Notes: generated from the letters alone by a model not told the origin. Positions 1 to 14,266 are shown, numbered from the stretch's first letter. The stretch is 64,000 nucleotides of DNA from Botryllus schlosseri (GCA_051294905.1 CM119377.1:21018001-21082000), one strand, 5' to 3'. Translations and numbers: made by a program.

Positions 1-2568
1 CAAGCGAATTAGGAGTGACGAACATTGCTTTAAAATTGAGGCAAATTATCCACCAGTCATTGTTATTCAGTGAATCTGGGTCACGTAACAATAGGGCGCT
101 GTACGGAGATTACATTTGCCTCTTTTCAGTTTCCTCTACAAGTTTATTATGCATTCAATGTTCCACAGCAATCCCTAAAGCGACGAGCTAACGCCATGCA
201 CAAAGGTCGGCGATTTCCTGGATTAATATCAGATTACAACCGACGACAAATTACAACAAGACTAACAGTATCCCGCCCAGATAATTTCCTCTGCTTCCAC
301 TACAAAAGTGTGAAGGCTCCGGTTGAGTATGATGACGAGAAAAAATAAACAACGCAATTACTAGGCCATAGTACTAATCCTATTATAGAGCGTGGCGAAA
401 TATATCACGAGTAAGAGTGGCTGAATATGGCCTTCTTGTGTCATAATTGGTCAACAACCAATCAATCCTGTAAATGAAAAGTCACTCGAAATTCCGATTA
501 CAGAAAGGATTTGGCTTCACAAAAATCGCAAATTCAATTCTACAATTCGACTCAGTATTCACAAATCCCATCAGCGATGTGACACTGTTGGTTAAAGTCT
601 GACACTGAGATTCGAGGTAGCGCGTCTCGAAGTGTCAGATCTTCATTTGTTATATTCTCACACGTGTCGTTGTTCTTACGGCGCCATTTCAAAAAGAGCA
701 CAGGGAAAGACGCAATGACATATGATTACAAATAAGAGAACGGAAAGGAGGTAGGAACAGTCGCAACATCAGGTTCGAACTCTGTTACAGTATACCGGTC
801 ATTAATTCTTGTAATAGCAGTACACCGAGGTGGTTCCTAATTTGATAGACCGTTTCGGGTCGTCTCGGCATCCTTCTATCTGCTGGTCACATCATTGTAT
901 CTGGTGTTTGGAAATATTCATCGATTGTGCTGATCGCATGAAAAAGATAACAGATTAATATGATGGGTAAATGAGGAACGGAAAGGACGTTTGTTGATTT
1001 CTGTCCTTGATCTTTTTTTGTGGCATACACCGACTCATGATAGACATGCACACGATATGTGCGTAAATAATTCATCGCATTTTGTCACTCTCTACCTTAT
1101 GGATAGTAACAGCGCGATAGCTCTCTAATTCGTGACCGGACATTGGATAAGCTGTCTGGCCTACAGCGCCCCGATATATTGATTCCGGAGGCATTCTTAG
1201 TCAGTTTTAAAGGACATATCAGTGTTGTTGTATCAGGCTTAACCTTTATAGCTGAATTAAACATAGTAAAACAGCACTTGCTGATGGTTAGTTTCGCCCA
1301 CGCTTCGCTTCTATAAATTTGCGATTTCGTTGAAACACAGTATTAGATAAATTGGAGCAGCCGTTTATTTGTTATTTTACAGGTGTGGTAGTGCTGACTA
1401 TTATTGGTTTTATATTTGCAGGTCGTTTTATGCGCAAGCTTGGGGTCGATGGTTTTGTTCAAAATGAAGCCAATGTGCTTAGGTATAGCGTAGTTAGTGG
1501 CGGACTGTACTTCATTGATATCTAAATAGACAGGCTCAGCCGTGCATTAGTTTACTGCATCAGTCAGTATCGTATATATGACAACGGTCGTCGGGTTACA
1601 TTTCGCGCGCATCGCTTTGCTTTATGCGCGTGTGTGCCTCATGTGCTGATTAATTTGACTCTGCGATAAATGCCGCCAGCGATAAATAGCAACAGTGCTG
1701 TGGTTCATGCATGGGTAATCATGATTTTAATCGTTGTTCCTCTTGACGATTACAGTATTTACAAGCAATCTGAGCGAGGAACAGTGTGTTGTGTTTAATG
1801 TGTTGTGTTTTCGTTTTGCGTGTAATTTTATTTTAATGGTTTTGTTCTTCTATTTATCATTCTGCTGATGAACAGTTCATTTTGTGCAACAGTAAACTAT
1901 AGTAATGTACGGTAATGTATGTGTAGTAACGAGTTAGATGTTTATCCTGGTAGATTATTGTTTTAAGACTCAGTGAATATTTGGGTTCCATGACGGCTAG
2001 CAGATTAGAGTAAGTGTTACCCAGGTTAATAAGGTTACGAACTACCAGTATACACGAGTATGCGGAAGGACGTTTACTTAGCCGGCCAACTGATTGATAA
2101 TTTTGAACTTTTCAGACTACAAGACGGCGGTAGATGATATAAATTGCAAAAACAACATTTGCGTTGTTTGTAATGATGGCGAAAAATAAAGTTGGGCTAT
2201 AGATATTTTTAGCGTAACATGCAAATGGGCCTCAATTAAAAATAATTTGCAGTCTGAACCCAATCGTCCATGATCTTTCAATGTGTTAGTTACAAATTGG
2301 AGGAAGAAAAAATCTGTCATCGTGAATAAACGTCATTACTTTTGCCATGTGATTTGATATGTAATTTCCTATTTATCGAGATTTTGCTGCTGTACTACTT
2401 TCGCGTTTTACAAGTAGTCGTAATCGTAGTCGGTTGAATTGCTGCAGTGCATGTCTCATGTTTGCTATGCGGGCGGTGCATATCTCAATATTTATTATCA
2501 ATGATGTGTGCAATCCTAAAACATTTGCTAATGTTCGTGTGTAACTGCGAATACGTGTGCGTTTACAC

Positions 2569-2670
2569 CAGGGTTCGCCTACTCAAAACGGGTCGCGGGA
2601 TACTTAACCAATTTCGCAGAGGCCTCGGGCCGCATGAATTCAATATGGAGATAATAAATGGCACACAGTT
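2569..2670 (-). mobile_element. Solo end of a hAT MITE (same end found fixed inside family-A elements)
   Basis: CAGGGTTCGCCTACTCAAAACGGGTCGCGG... is the reverse complement of the internal end at ~41830-41936 and ~60780-60879. Confidence 0.55.
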
Positions 2671-4924
2671 TTTAGGAATTTACGTCAGTACAATGCTGTG
2701 CTCTCTGGCGTGTGTGAAAGCCATACCACAAAAGAAATAATGTTTAAGCATGCACCGCAACCCACCTGTATATTTGGTTAGCTGATTCTTCGAAAGATCA
2801 GCACCTTTGCACAGACATATTCCCGGCCAATTTTGGAAGCATATTACTAATTAGAACAATAATAATCCCCTTCGGCACGCCTAGAAAAAAGTCAAAACTA
2901 CTCCCGCGGGTTGTGACTCCCATATGGAAGCTACTGTTCTAAAAGCTATCACTTTTAAGTCATCCTGACTAAAGATTAGAGTTATATGGGTCCTAATATA
3001 CCTATCAGGGCGTTAATAAACCAATTACCGAGTAGTTTCAAACTATATTCAAGCATTCCGTTTCTAAGTAGGGTGTTCCAGCATTGGAATTGAATCAGCA
3101 ACTAGCAGAGTCTGAAAATTGAAAATCATCCGGTTTCACCGAAACTACTATTTTCAAACCCCCTGTCAGAAAGGTATCAGGGTCTTTGATCTTATATGTT
3201 ATACATTGTGCAAACAGTATTAGATTGAGATGGTGGCTATTCAATTTATCGCGGGGCATAAACTGAAATCGGTCTCTGAAATATTTCACCTGTTGTCGCA
3301 ATCATACGTTCATGCATGAGCCACAGTGCACAGTTGATTGGAACCCATTCGTGATGACTTCGATCATTCAAATTCGCAGTATAGGAAACGTCGTTGTCCG
3401 TAGGGCTTTGAGCCAACCTCTCTGTGCATTACCATCATTTGTTTGACAGCAAAACATTTCAGTCACAACACTTAAAAGACTGCAGATAGGTTGAATAAAT
3501 ATATCACACAATTATATCTGTCTTGTGGAAGATACACTACGGCCGCGCAACCAGTCCAAAGACGACAGTTTGACGATTCTTCGCAGAAGTGGTGGCCGAT
3601 TCTTTGACATCTTGGAATATACCAGTATGCCCAGGTTTGAACGTTTGCTATATATATACCTATTTGCGACTTCAAGATTTGGGGAAATTCGATTGCGGCA
3701 GAGTCACATAAACACAACAACATGTTGACATAGGTATTGTATAATTCTCAATCAATACTACAGAATTCAACCTGACGAACTCGGCACTCTCCCTTCAGAG
3801 TATTCAACCTCTCGGGAGGATTCACTCCATATCAATCGTTATTCACTAATGCATAAATATTCCAGAGGTGAAATCATAACGTGTGCATTTGGCCCGAATC
3901 TGTCTTCAACCATATGGTGGATTTTTGATCGATAGCCTAATTTAATCCCGATTTACGATCGCAAACTAATTAATTTATATCGAATATTAGTCGAGAGATC
4001 ATGTCAAGCCCAACATTGGAAGTGCTTCGGGTCCGGTTACCGGTCCTGAACTGCCAATATAAGGGGTCTGGCACACTCGGCCGACATTTTGTATTTTGAA
4101 GTATTCGACCAATTAAGTGCGACATATCTACTTTTGGATTTGAAAACATAAAATTCACTCTAGAATTACTCCAAAAACGTGAAACTACGCATCAAACTTC
4201 ACTATCACATCACTTTCAAAAGTTACCATGCGGTGGAAGATAAGAAATAACGTCACATTACCTATTTATGATGGTGAAATATGACCAGTCAATGACTTCT
4301 GATCGAAACTTGTGATGTGAACTAGGGCGCAAACTTTTGTTGAAATACTCAAGCTCTGACTGAATGGGTGGTGAAATGATAATTACTCGAATGGAGTAGG
4401 GTCACACGATACTAACAGAGAAGCAATTGTGACTCGGAACGCCGTGCATGATCAATAGTCTAGTTATGACAGGGGCGGGCAACATACGGCCCGCGGGCCG
4501 GATCCGGCCCGCGGACAGCTTCCCGTCTTACATGATAATGTGGCCTGCGGCCCCAGTCCGCCGAGATCCCCACTACTTGCGGAAACATTAAAATTTACTG
4601 ACTGTACGTTATTTTATCCATGTGTGCGCACTGCGCAGCGTGCAAGAGTGGAGCTTACAGGAAAGTTCGTCAAAGCGAGAAGACTTGCATTGTCAGCATT
4701 TACTATGTGCTCATCCCTAATGCTGTTCGTGGTAATCATGGTGTTTGTTGACTACAATGTTCATTTACACCAGGCCGATATTTTTCATTTCTGATTCCGT
4801 AAACGCCATCTGCTGGTAGCACGGCACACGTCCAGGCTTTTGTGAGACACCGCTTAATAATTATGCCGATGAGATGGCGGGAAGGAGCCTAGATAAAGCT
4901 CCGACACTAAAAAAAATTCGCGCC

Positions 4925-5138
4925 TCCAGCTCATGGTGATTACTCTGTCTATTGTCCATGTTTCATATTTGAGAATTCTTTCATCAATAACCATAACCTC
5001 AAATGCCATCAAACTATCCGGTAGGGTAACTAGCATTCTGATTTATCTCTTCAATATTTTGTGACATAACGATAAGGGGGCGCGGAATTTTTCACTATCA
5101 AAAAGGGAGGAGCGCTTAAAAAAGTTTGAGAACCACTG
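4925..5138. mobile_element. Partial family-B MITE inside A copy 3
   Basis: Ends AAAGTTTGAGAACCACTG; homologous to ~9060-9260 and, reverse-complemented, to ~59340-59550. Confidence 0.7.
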
Positions 5139-5150
5139 CTGTCTGACAAT

Positions 5151-7643
5151 CAGACATGGGGTAATTGCGATTAGTAATCGTGATCGATTACGACGATTAC
5201 AGCATTTTCAAGTAATCGTAATCGCAATCGATTACATTCGAAAAAATTCCGAAGTAATCGTAATCGTAATCGACTACTTCCCATATCTAATCGATTTCTC
5301 TGTGAAAGAACGATTACTTTTTATTTCTGCAAGGACTATGACATAAACTGAACATTCGTGAACAAGGAAGAGTTATTATACCAGGCTCGTGACAGCACAA
5401 ACGTCTGATTTTCAAACGCCAGAGCTCATTATTAGGTCGGAAACAGCCTATTAGCCTTGTGCGTCATTACGTAAGAAGTATCCACACTAAATGGATATTC
5501 GATATACGTAGGCCTACGTCGTACATTAGTGTCATTGTAAGAACACCCGCCGTGCTGTATATCAGGTTATCAACACGTTCCACACGCCACTACCTCGCAG
5601 CAGTATAATTTATCTCCGCTCTGCCTAGTTTCAAATAATAACTAATGGTTGATGTTTGGTTATGCTTATGCTTAGTTAAACGCAATTTGACCGTAGCTGC
5701 TTGGCGAGCAGTAGGCCTATCTAGTAGGCTACGTACGTACACCGGACAAAGATTTGAAATTTTGTACTTGTCAAATAAATCATTGCGATTTCCACAACGA
5801 AGCAGTACAAATCAACAGCTGGTGATATACATATATGAAAACCGAGCCGTTTTGGCTGTTTCTCGTAACGGTGGCTTGCAGTACAATATCTGTATTAAGT
5901 TGAAGGCAGTATTTTATGTTCGCTTCGTCTAATTCTCATATGACTTTACTTGAAAGGGCGCCAATCGTTATTTCACAATTCTTTACTCAACATTGGGACC
6001 TGCCGCCATCGCCACGGGCTTAAATGTTAGCATTGGTTGTAGCTGGAATCAGGACCAAAACAGCAAGTCGTCACCTATAGGGTGGTAATCGCAAGTTGAA
6101 GACTGAATTTCGTCGCAAATTGCATTATATTACTATTGATTTTTAATCCTCTCTCAGCCCCCGATGGTCAGATTACCCTGCAGAGTTTGTTCGTTTGTTT
6201 GAGGTAATCTTGGTGTTTGCCGACTACAACGGTCAGTTACACCAGGCCGATTTTCTGCATGATTGATTCCGAATCTGCCGACTTGTAGCACGGCCCATTT
6301 CTAGGCTTATTGTAAGACACCGCTTACGCGGATGAGGCGGCGAGGAGGAGCCTAGATAAACCCCCATCACTTAGAAAGGAATTCTGTAATTGACCTCGGT
6401 CGGACTCGAACCCGCAACCCAATGGCGTTGCAGCCGTGGATTATACCACTGCGCTATCTCGCCACACAATCACCTACATGTAGAGCTGGGGCCACGTAAT
6501 TCATAATAACCTCTGGTATCTTGTTATAATTACTTTAGTGTATGTTGTTAATTCGTGACCTCCGGTTTGTTATATAATCAAACGATATTGTAGTGGCTCA
6601 AGCGTAGCAGACTAGAAGAAAAATTTTCGTGAGACGCACAAACAAATCGTCATGTCTTTATATCTGACTGCATGTCTAGCAACTCAAGTTGTAAATTACC
6701 ATGGTCAGTGGCCACATTAACTACAATAGGACAGGAAAATATTTTCATCATGGGGAAAAAGCATTCAGTCCGTCAATGCGGCCGTTGAACTTAACAATCA
6801 ATTCAAATGATTCATTGGTTTGATAGTCAGATAGCGTTGTAAAACGTTTTGCAACACCACCTGCACTTAATTTAGTCTGATGATGAGCGGACTAAAATTT
6901 GAGTGACGATCCAAACGCATTTGAGTGTGAGCATACTTTTTGACGTGAATTGAGTAACGAAATCGTTGCTGACTAAAGAATCGCTACTCGACAGCAAAGG
7001 AATTGGTCTCCACCCTTAATTAGAGACTCCAGATTCCAAGCCAAGCAAGTGTAATTTTTGACTATTAATTTTTGTGTTTGTTCCTAATTGATTTTATAAT
7101 ATTTCTGTTTGATTTCCAACGTGGATGGGAGCCGCAAGTAGGCTAGCTCGGAGCCGCGGCTGGGAATCACTGATCTAGAGAGGATTTTCAAGTTAATTAG
7201 ATCACTCGAAAATACTCTATAACTTTACGGTTTACGAAATACTTTTTGAGTCCCCTTCGAGCTCGCTCCCCACCCTATTGGGAAATTTGGGGTGCGGCAA
7301 TTATGGCCCTGGCAAGAATGCAAATCATTGGGCGCGATAAATTGAACTCTATAAAAATGGGCAATGGGTACATTATGACGTAACAAGCAAATGAGGCATC
7401 TCTCTTAAAGGGAGTTTGTTATCTCATTAGGCCTCTTCAGCTCAATCCATATATTGTCTTCTAACATAGCTTCCAAGATGCAAAATAAATGTAATCGTGA
7501 GTAATCGTGATTACTTTTCCAATGTAATCGTAATCGACTACTTCCTGATTTTGCTGTAATCGTAATCGCAATCGTAATCGCGTCATTCAGAAGTAATCGT
7601 AATCACAATCGATTACAATCATGAAGTAATCACCCCATGTCTG
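5151..7643 (+). mobile_element. hAT MITE family C, copy 1, (GTAATC)n subterminal arrays
   Basis: TIRs CAGACATGGGG / CCCCATGTCTG; TSD CTGACAAT/ATGACAAT (7/8); second copy at 53784-58649. Confidence 0.9.
6186..6463 (-). mobile_element. tRNA-derived SINE with Cys-like head
   Basis: Minus strand GGCGAGA-TAGCGCAGTGG (A box)...GGCTGCAACG...GGTTCGAGTCC (B box), about 200-nt body, (CAAA)n tail; absent from the second family-C copy. Confidence 0.8.
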
Positions 7644-8094
7644 ATGACAATGCGGTTCTAAAACCCACATTGTCTTCGCCATTATCGGCGAGAAATTGCT
7701 TTGAAATTACATTGCTGTCGTTAAAAGACATTTTTTAAATACGATTTATTCCTAGCATATATGGATAAATGGGCGAATAATCTATCAATTCAGCAATCCG
7801 GCCGGCAAAGTACTTAATTTTCCTATATCTGACCCGCCGACTGAAGAAGTGGCCCGCCCCCGAGTTATGAGAAGGCCTTTGCCCGAAACCAGGATTAGGC
7901 TCATGTACTGCTCCAATGCGGTGATATCAGATCCGTCTTTGTTAAGTTCTGAAATAAGCTACCTATAATTGTGAAACTTCAACTGCCCGCTATAGCTGCA
8001 AATTATAACGTGACAGCTTTTACGACGTCATGAAGCATTTATACTCTCGCATGGGGTCTATAACCAGTTAATTTTACAAACTATGCCAAGCACA

Positions 8095-8310
8095 ACACCA
8101 ATTTTATTTTAAATGTTTAAATATTTGATTTTTTTCGTGTCAGGCGTGAATTCACATTAGTGAAACACATTTCAACGACCTGTCTGGCATGTCAGTAGGT
8201 CCCATCGAATGAGGCCTATTTAGAAATACATTGAATACCCTCATTATTGGTGCTGCGGCCTGCGAGCACATTTAAAACTAGTAAATTGGCCTGCAAGCAC
8301 ATTTGAGTTA
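8095..8310 (-). mobile_element. Fragment of hAT MITE family L
   Basis: Reverse complement matches 45925-46170 (AACTCAAATGTGCTTGCRGGCCA...). Confidence 0.6.
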
Positions 8311-8547
8311 TATGGCATATTATCCTCAACCTGTAGCTGTTTTCTAGTGCAACAACGTCCTATAAGTTTCCCGATGGAAATGGCATATTCATTAAGTAGT
8401 ATCACTTCATAATACTAAATTTATTGTTTCACTGTTGTCCAGAAGATCGCACATTGTCGTAGAAGACCCAGCAAGATCGGTAAATACAGTGGAAAACGTC
8501 AGGTCAGTGGGTCGATTTTTATTGATAAACAGTTTTATGGTGCATTT

Positions 8548-10127
8548 CAGAGTTGGATCAATCGTAATTTGTAATTGAGCTGAATGTATTAATTACATTT
8601 TTTCATGTAATTGTAATTGTAATTGTAATTGAAGGATTTCTATTTTGTGTAATTGTAATTTGATGAAAATTTGGCCAAATTTCAATCTCATGGAAACCTG
8701 ACAATCACAACATAAAATATTCATTTAATCAATCATTTATTCGTCGCACCAGTGAAAATCCGGTACGAACCAGGATGACGACGAGGGACCTTAAGGCCTT
8801 CGTAAACAGTCACCACATGTAATAATTAACCTATTTACATCGGTGTTCTATGCGTGCTACGTTATACCTAGATAAGTCAGTCACGCTAAACTGTTTCTCA
8901 TACTTCAGTAGTAACAGAAAACTTTGTGAATTACAATATAGGCTAAACCAGTGGTTCTCAAACTGGGGGCGTCGCCCTTGGGCGGCGTGAGAGCATCTGA
9001 ACCGGACGCGACGCTCCAGTGAACTGAAATCTTTTCCGCGCTTGGCCCGATTCACCTCCGTTTTATGGTTATTGCTCGGTGTATAGTCTGAATTTTGTAT
9101 TGGAGAATTCTCTCATCAATAGTCATAACCTTCCATACCATCAAAGTATATGTAAAGATTGCGAACTTTCTAGTTTCATCGTGTGCTATGACGATAAGGG
9201 GGCACGGAATATTCACTGTCATAAAGGGGGGCTTGTCTAAAAAAAGTTAGAGAACCAGTGGGCTAAACTAAATCTTAATATTTCAAAAATGGATGAACGG
9301 CAAATAAACTCTTTTGAAACCTGTGCTGAACCATTTCCTACACCACGGTCAAAGTTATTTTAATCTCTGGTCAGTACCGACGCTTGTTGCAACAATAGCA
9401 AAAAATTCAAGTTTCCAACCAAGGCTTCGTCAAAATTGATCACGTATTTCTAGAAGTGTGATCCCAATCTTACCTCCAATCTTGGCCAAATTTACTGGGG
9501 CCAGAAACTCTTCCCACCCTAATGTTCATCAAATGCAATCTAACAGTTTCCGAGCAAGTGAAAATGTAAATGCGAACCAAAATATTGTAATTCTAATTCT
9601 TAGTTATCAGGAGGTTCTTTCCTTTTGCATTTATTTTAATTTTACGCACCTTATCGGTATCATCCTTATCGCTGACGCCTTACCAATTACATTTCATCAT
9701 CTTGACTCAGCTCTGAGTAGCCTAATCGTTTGATTACATTTCATTGACTGTCCTGTACTCTGTAGCCTATTCGCTGTTAGTCGATCAAATCGTTGGCTCT
9801 TAACAGTAGCTTGAAACATTTTTCTGTGCTTGTAGTTTTCAGTACTCATGATTAGGAATAGTTCGAATACGTTCGAGTTTTTTTTTTAATTAAAGGGTAT
9901 TCTACAAATCAGAAATGAAACATGAATAGCTTGAGATTGTTGCTAATTACGTCGCTACGGTTGTCAAATAACACCTCTTTACTGAATTAATTACACGTTT
10001 AATAGTGATTGACATTGTAATTTGATATTTTTGGCATTGAGTAATTGTAATTGTAATGTAATTGAAACATGCAAGGAAATAATTGTAATTGTAATTGAAT
10101 TAAAACATTATAATTGATCCAACCTTG
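8548..10127. mobile_element. MITE family H with (GTAATT)n subterminal arrays
   Basis: TIRs CAGAGTTGGATCAAT / ATTGATCCAACCTTG; flanked by a 5-bp direct repeat CATTT. Confidence 0.75.
8949..9260. mobile_element. hAT MITE family B nested in H
   Basis: TIRs CAGTGGTTCTC / GAGAACCAGTG; perfect TSD GGCTAAAC. Confidence 0.9.
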
Positions 10128-12448
10128 CATTTATCCACTAAAGTCGCATAAGACGTGATCGAGAAACGTAGCTATACTGGCGCCATCTAGCGTATTCAAA
10201 TATGGCAGCCAAATAAGTGAAACACCGTGATATCTATGAGATGCTTACAGAAACATGAACTGAAATCCCGTAATAAACATGGAATCCTCACACAGTAACA
10301 CCGGTAAACAACCTGAAGTCGGACCCGACGCTGGATTCTGATTTATTTCATCCAGATGCGACACAAGATCTGCGGGACGTTGTGAAACTGCTCCCCATAT
10401 CCATTATCTATATGTAAAGTGAATACCACCAGTAATTCTAACATAGGGTTGTAATAAACTTGTGTATTCCTTTAATCCGAAGTACGAAAGACAATTTACC
10501 AACTGTGGAGAGCAGATTTAGAGCTCATGTGTAGGAATAAGTAATTGCCTATGCTAGTAGCTTATTCCTTCTCTGCAGTTAAAATAAAATCCTACGAAAC
10601 TACACTATTTTCTTTACGGGTAGCCCACGTAAAATGACTAGTCAGTTTTACTTGTCAAGTTGCCATCTCCTCTCATTGTACGAAACAATCACGTGCTACT
10701 CCATCCATTTTGATGTGCACAATAAGTGACAGTAATATATAAATTCATACAAATTGAAAAGTGAGCACTGGCTATCCTCTGAAATTGATCTCGCAGCAAA
10801 CAGCAATAAACTCATATCAAAGGATGCATATCGTCGATTACACTGGTCAACACAGTGTTTGTTGACTTTGATCAGGCAATTGATGTAGTCTAACTTTTGG
10901 GCGCTGAATTCAAAAATGACTTCCGTTTTCCTCTATCACGTTAAGTTTTTTGATTAGGCACCTCCCACATTGCCTCAAAAACCCCATAATAGCACTACTT
11001 TTAATATTTTGTGTTTATTGTATAAAACGTCTCAAAAACTACAAACTGTCCAAAGAAAATCATTAGACTTCAAATCAACATTTGCACTGCTTTATTTGGT
11101 TGATTTAAACTGATATCGCTTGTACAGGACAAATAAAGTGCGAGTTTCAGGGTCCAAATTCACGCTAATAACCCATAATTCTGTAGGTTGTCTAGTTTGA
11201 TGCTCGAGCAATAGTCAGCTAACATATATAAGCTCCAATCTACTCTGGTATCTTATCCCCATCATCTTCAGATGTTGGGGGACATTTTCCCCTTTGCCAT
11301 CTCTGACTATGTCAAGGTTTTCAGGGAAATTATTATGATATTTTAGTTTTTAAATGTCTGCTGTCCGACATAAACATATGGCAGTGGCGCATGTGAATCA
11401 GGGTTTCATCTGCTGTGCATCCTTATTGTCTGAAAAACAAAGAAAACACAATATTTCAAAGCTGACACATGCGATCCAATCGTGCTCGTGATATTGCAAC
11501 AATTCTATGTTTCTGTATTATTACCGTGTATTATTATTCACGAAGACTAACTGAGTGTGCAATTGTTACTGCACCTAAGACGTTGCCATTTTGGAGAATG
11601 CTACACTTTATGATCCTTTATGAGCTACCTATAGGCATATGTTATTCACTTGAGTTTTAAATGAGGATTCCTAACTCCTCCAGTAACCGATGGTGACAGT
11701 ATCATGCCAATACCAGGATCACGGCAATACAAAAAGCTACCGAAAGTAGACCGACCAATAAAAGGCTGATTCCCCAGATCGAAAGTGGGATACCTTTTCT
11801 ACCTTGCCAAGTAATTTTTTCTCACTTCTTAAGAACGTTAAAAGTTCCGAAAATTTATATTCCAAGTCGCAAAGCCTATGTCAGATCAATAACATGTGTT
11901 GATGAACTACTCTACATTCTGAATCATCTTCAATTTCAAAATCGACATCATTAGGCCTGCTATCCCTAAGATCTTCATCTTGATCGAAATTATCGAGCAT
12001 ATAGCAGTTTAAAGTTACACTGGATAAGCTGAATGGGGCATTGGACCTATATCTGATAGCAGTGTTGGGATGACTCGAGTCATGACTTGACTCGAGTCAG
12101 ACTCGAGACTACTTTTTCGAATGACTTAACTTGACTCGAGTCACTTTGCAAAAATGACTTGACTTGACTCGGCGCTTCAAAAATGGGGAATGACTCGTGA
12201 CTCGGAGCAAAATTTACGAGTCAATTTCAAGTCATCAATTAAACGGTGTCGACTAAATCATTGCGCATGTTCGGATTATTCACGATACGCCGTTGTAACT
12301 TGTGAGAGCAACCAGTCATTCACTGATTGTACGTTTCACTGATCCTACATTATTACATCACAAATACACTGACCGCATACGAAATGATCACAGCTTGCGT
12401 TGTTGTCGTAGTAGCAGATTAATTTAATAGCAACGGCTCTGTCCTTAC

Positions 12449-13702
12449 CAGAGGTGGTCAAAGTAGTCAAGAAATCTACTCAAGTAGAAGTAGAAGTAGT
12501 GACGAAACAATCTACTCAAGTACGAGTAGAAGTACTTCCTCCATAAGCAACCTAAAACTACTTGAAGTAGAAGTAGAATTGACTGACTTGAAAAGTACTC
12601 AAGTAAGTAAGTAGTTATGAAAACGATCCTAATTCGTTCACATGGATTGTAAAATGGTGCAAATTGAGCTATGCGATAGGTGACGAGCTTGATTCATATT
12701 GATGCATACCAGCAGGTATCCAATTTTCGATAGCATAAGTATTCGTCCACATCATGAGATGAAAATGATAGTAATGATATGGAAATGCGATGCTAATCCT
12801 CTGTTTTCTCGAACAGCACGTTTTAGAAAATAGCATGGTATGGCGCCATTCCCCATATTATAAGGCCCGTAGTTTAGTCGAAGAGCAATACGGAGAAGTT
12901 GTATAGGATACAGTGTAAACACTTTGCGCGATTAGTAAACGTTATCAAAAAATTTGGTGGACCGTAAAAATGCCATATTGTGTAGCTTTATATCCAGAAA
13001 TTAAAGGCATTACTACACTTGCTTTTAAACTTCAACATGTATGCTATCCAGACAAAAGAACTGATAATAATTATAACTCAATGTATATGATACTGAGAAT
13101 TCAAAGTGAAATATAAATACTACTTCTAAAAGCAGAACGTGTATTTCATGTTTTTAGTCCAGAAAGTTTCAAAGGTGGTATGCTAAAACAGCTCTAAAAC
13201 TAAAAAAAGTCCGCAATTGACATGCTAGATAACGATATGACAAGTAAATGCTAGTTTGCGAAATATCAGTTTCAAACGTTATATACTGTGATGAATTATT
13301 CGATATGGACGAAGGGCGACAATGTAGTGTGAACGGAACCACACCCACCCTCTACTGAAATTATATTTACCGATACTTTCGTGAAATCATACTGGTCACT
13401 CCGTATCCAGCACTGCGCGCGAAGCGCGACGGAAACTCTTGGCTTTACTCAACTTTTATGAAAATTAAATGTTGATACTCCGTGAAAACAGCCCCGAAAT
13501 TCCTCAGGCTATCTTCCTGATTGGAAGATTGAACTACCTCTACTTGACAAACTGTAAATAGCGAAAAGTAAGTAAGTAGATCACAAAATATTGCGAAGTA
13601 GAAGTAGCGAAAATCAGATCTACTTGAGTAAGTACTAGAAGTAGAGGAAAACTACTAGAGTACTTCGAAAAAGTAGAAGTACTTCGTTACTGACCACCTC
13701 TG
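12449..13702. mobile_element. hAT MITE family G nested in F1, (AAGTAG)n arrays
   Basis: TIRs CAGAGGTGGTCA / TGACCACCTCTG; perfect TSD GTCCTTAC. Confidence 0.92.
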
Positions 13703-13896
13703 GTCCTTACATTGCACGGCGCTCACCTTTACCAACCCTCTTGTATGATTTAAATCTAACAAATATATTTTATGCATTTATATCCTCACGGATGTGTATA
13801 GATGACTAGTATGATATCAATTTCTTTCATCTTCTCAGGGCTTCGTATTCGATCCTCTATTTTGGCTAGTAATAAGAGAATGTATAGCATGTAGCT

Positions 13897-14266
13897 CAGA
13901 GCTGTCAAACTCAACTGACGTCGCAGATCGAATTCAAATATACAGATCACCAGTCAAATGATTCCAAAATATTACTAACTTTTAACAGACTTAACTCAAT
14001 ATATGCACTTTTTCTCATTCTCGGAATTGGGTGTTAATGTCAGCGATTATCTCCTGACGATAACTACAATCACAACTCCTCTGTCGGGTTGTTATAATGT
14101 GGCCCATGAACATACTCGAAATTTGCTATCTTGAAGGAATATTTATTAGTAGTATTTCTTACTGCGAATTCGAGAAATGTGTTGGATAAAATCACGCAAG
14201 ATATACTCAGAATTTCTTCGCGGGCCGAATGAAATCATTTGGCGGGTCGTATGTTTGATACTCCTG
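13897..14266. mobile_element. Small hAT MITE nested in F1
   Basis: Imperfect TIRs CAGAGCTGTCAAAC / GTTTGATACTCCTG; perfect TSD ATGTAGCT. Confidence 0.8.

Larger units (their letters stand above)
4470..7862 (-). mobile_element. hAT MITE family A, copy 3, with nested insertions
   Basis: TIRs CAGGGGCGGGCAA / GGCCCGCCCCCG; perfect 8-bp TSD AGTTATGA (4462-4469, 7863-7870); body homologous to 41129-42338 and 59924-61294. Confidence 0.85.

Noticed and set aside
598-639. Hairpin TCTGACACT...AGTGTCAGA
   Set aside because: Short and isolated; expected by chance or as MITE debris
3060-3730. Small ORFs suggesting a decayed retroelement
   Set aside because: No convincing RT, EN or integrase motif in any frame
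6395-6463. tRNA-Cys gene
   Set aside because: A and B boxes are present but I could not fold a proper cloverleaf, and it continues into a multi-copy body; treated as a SINE head
12060-12230. CRISPR-like array from the GACTCGAGTC repeats
   Set aside because: No regular repeat-spacer structure, eukaryotic context, and the repeats are MITE subterminal arrays
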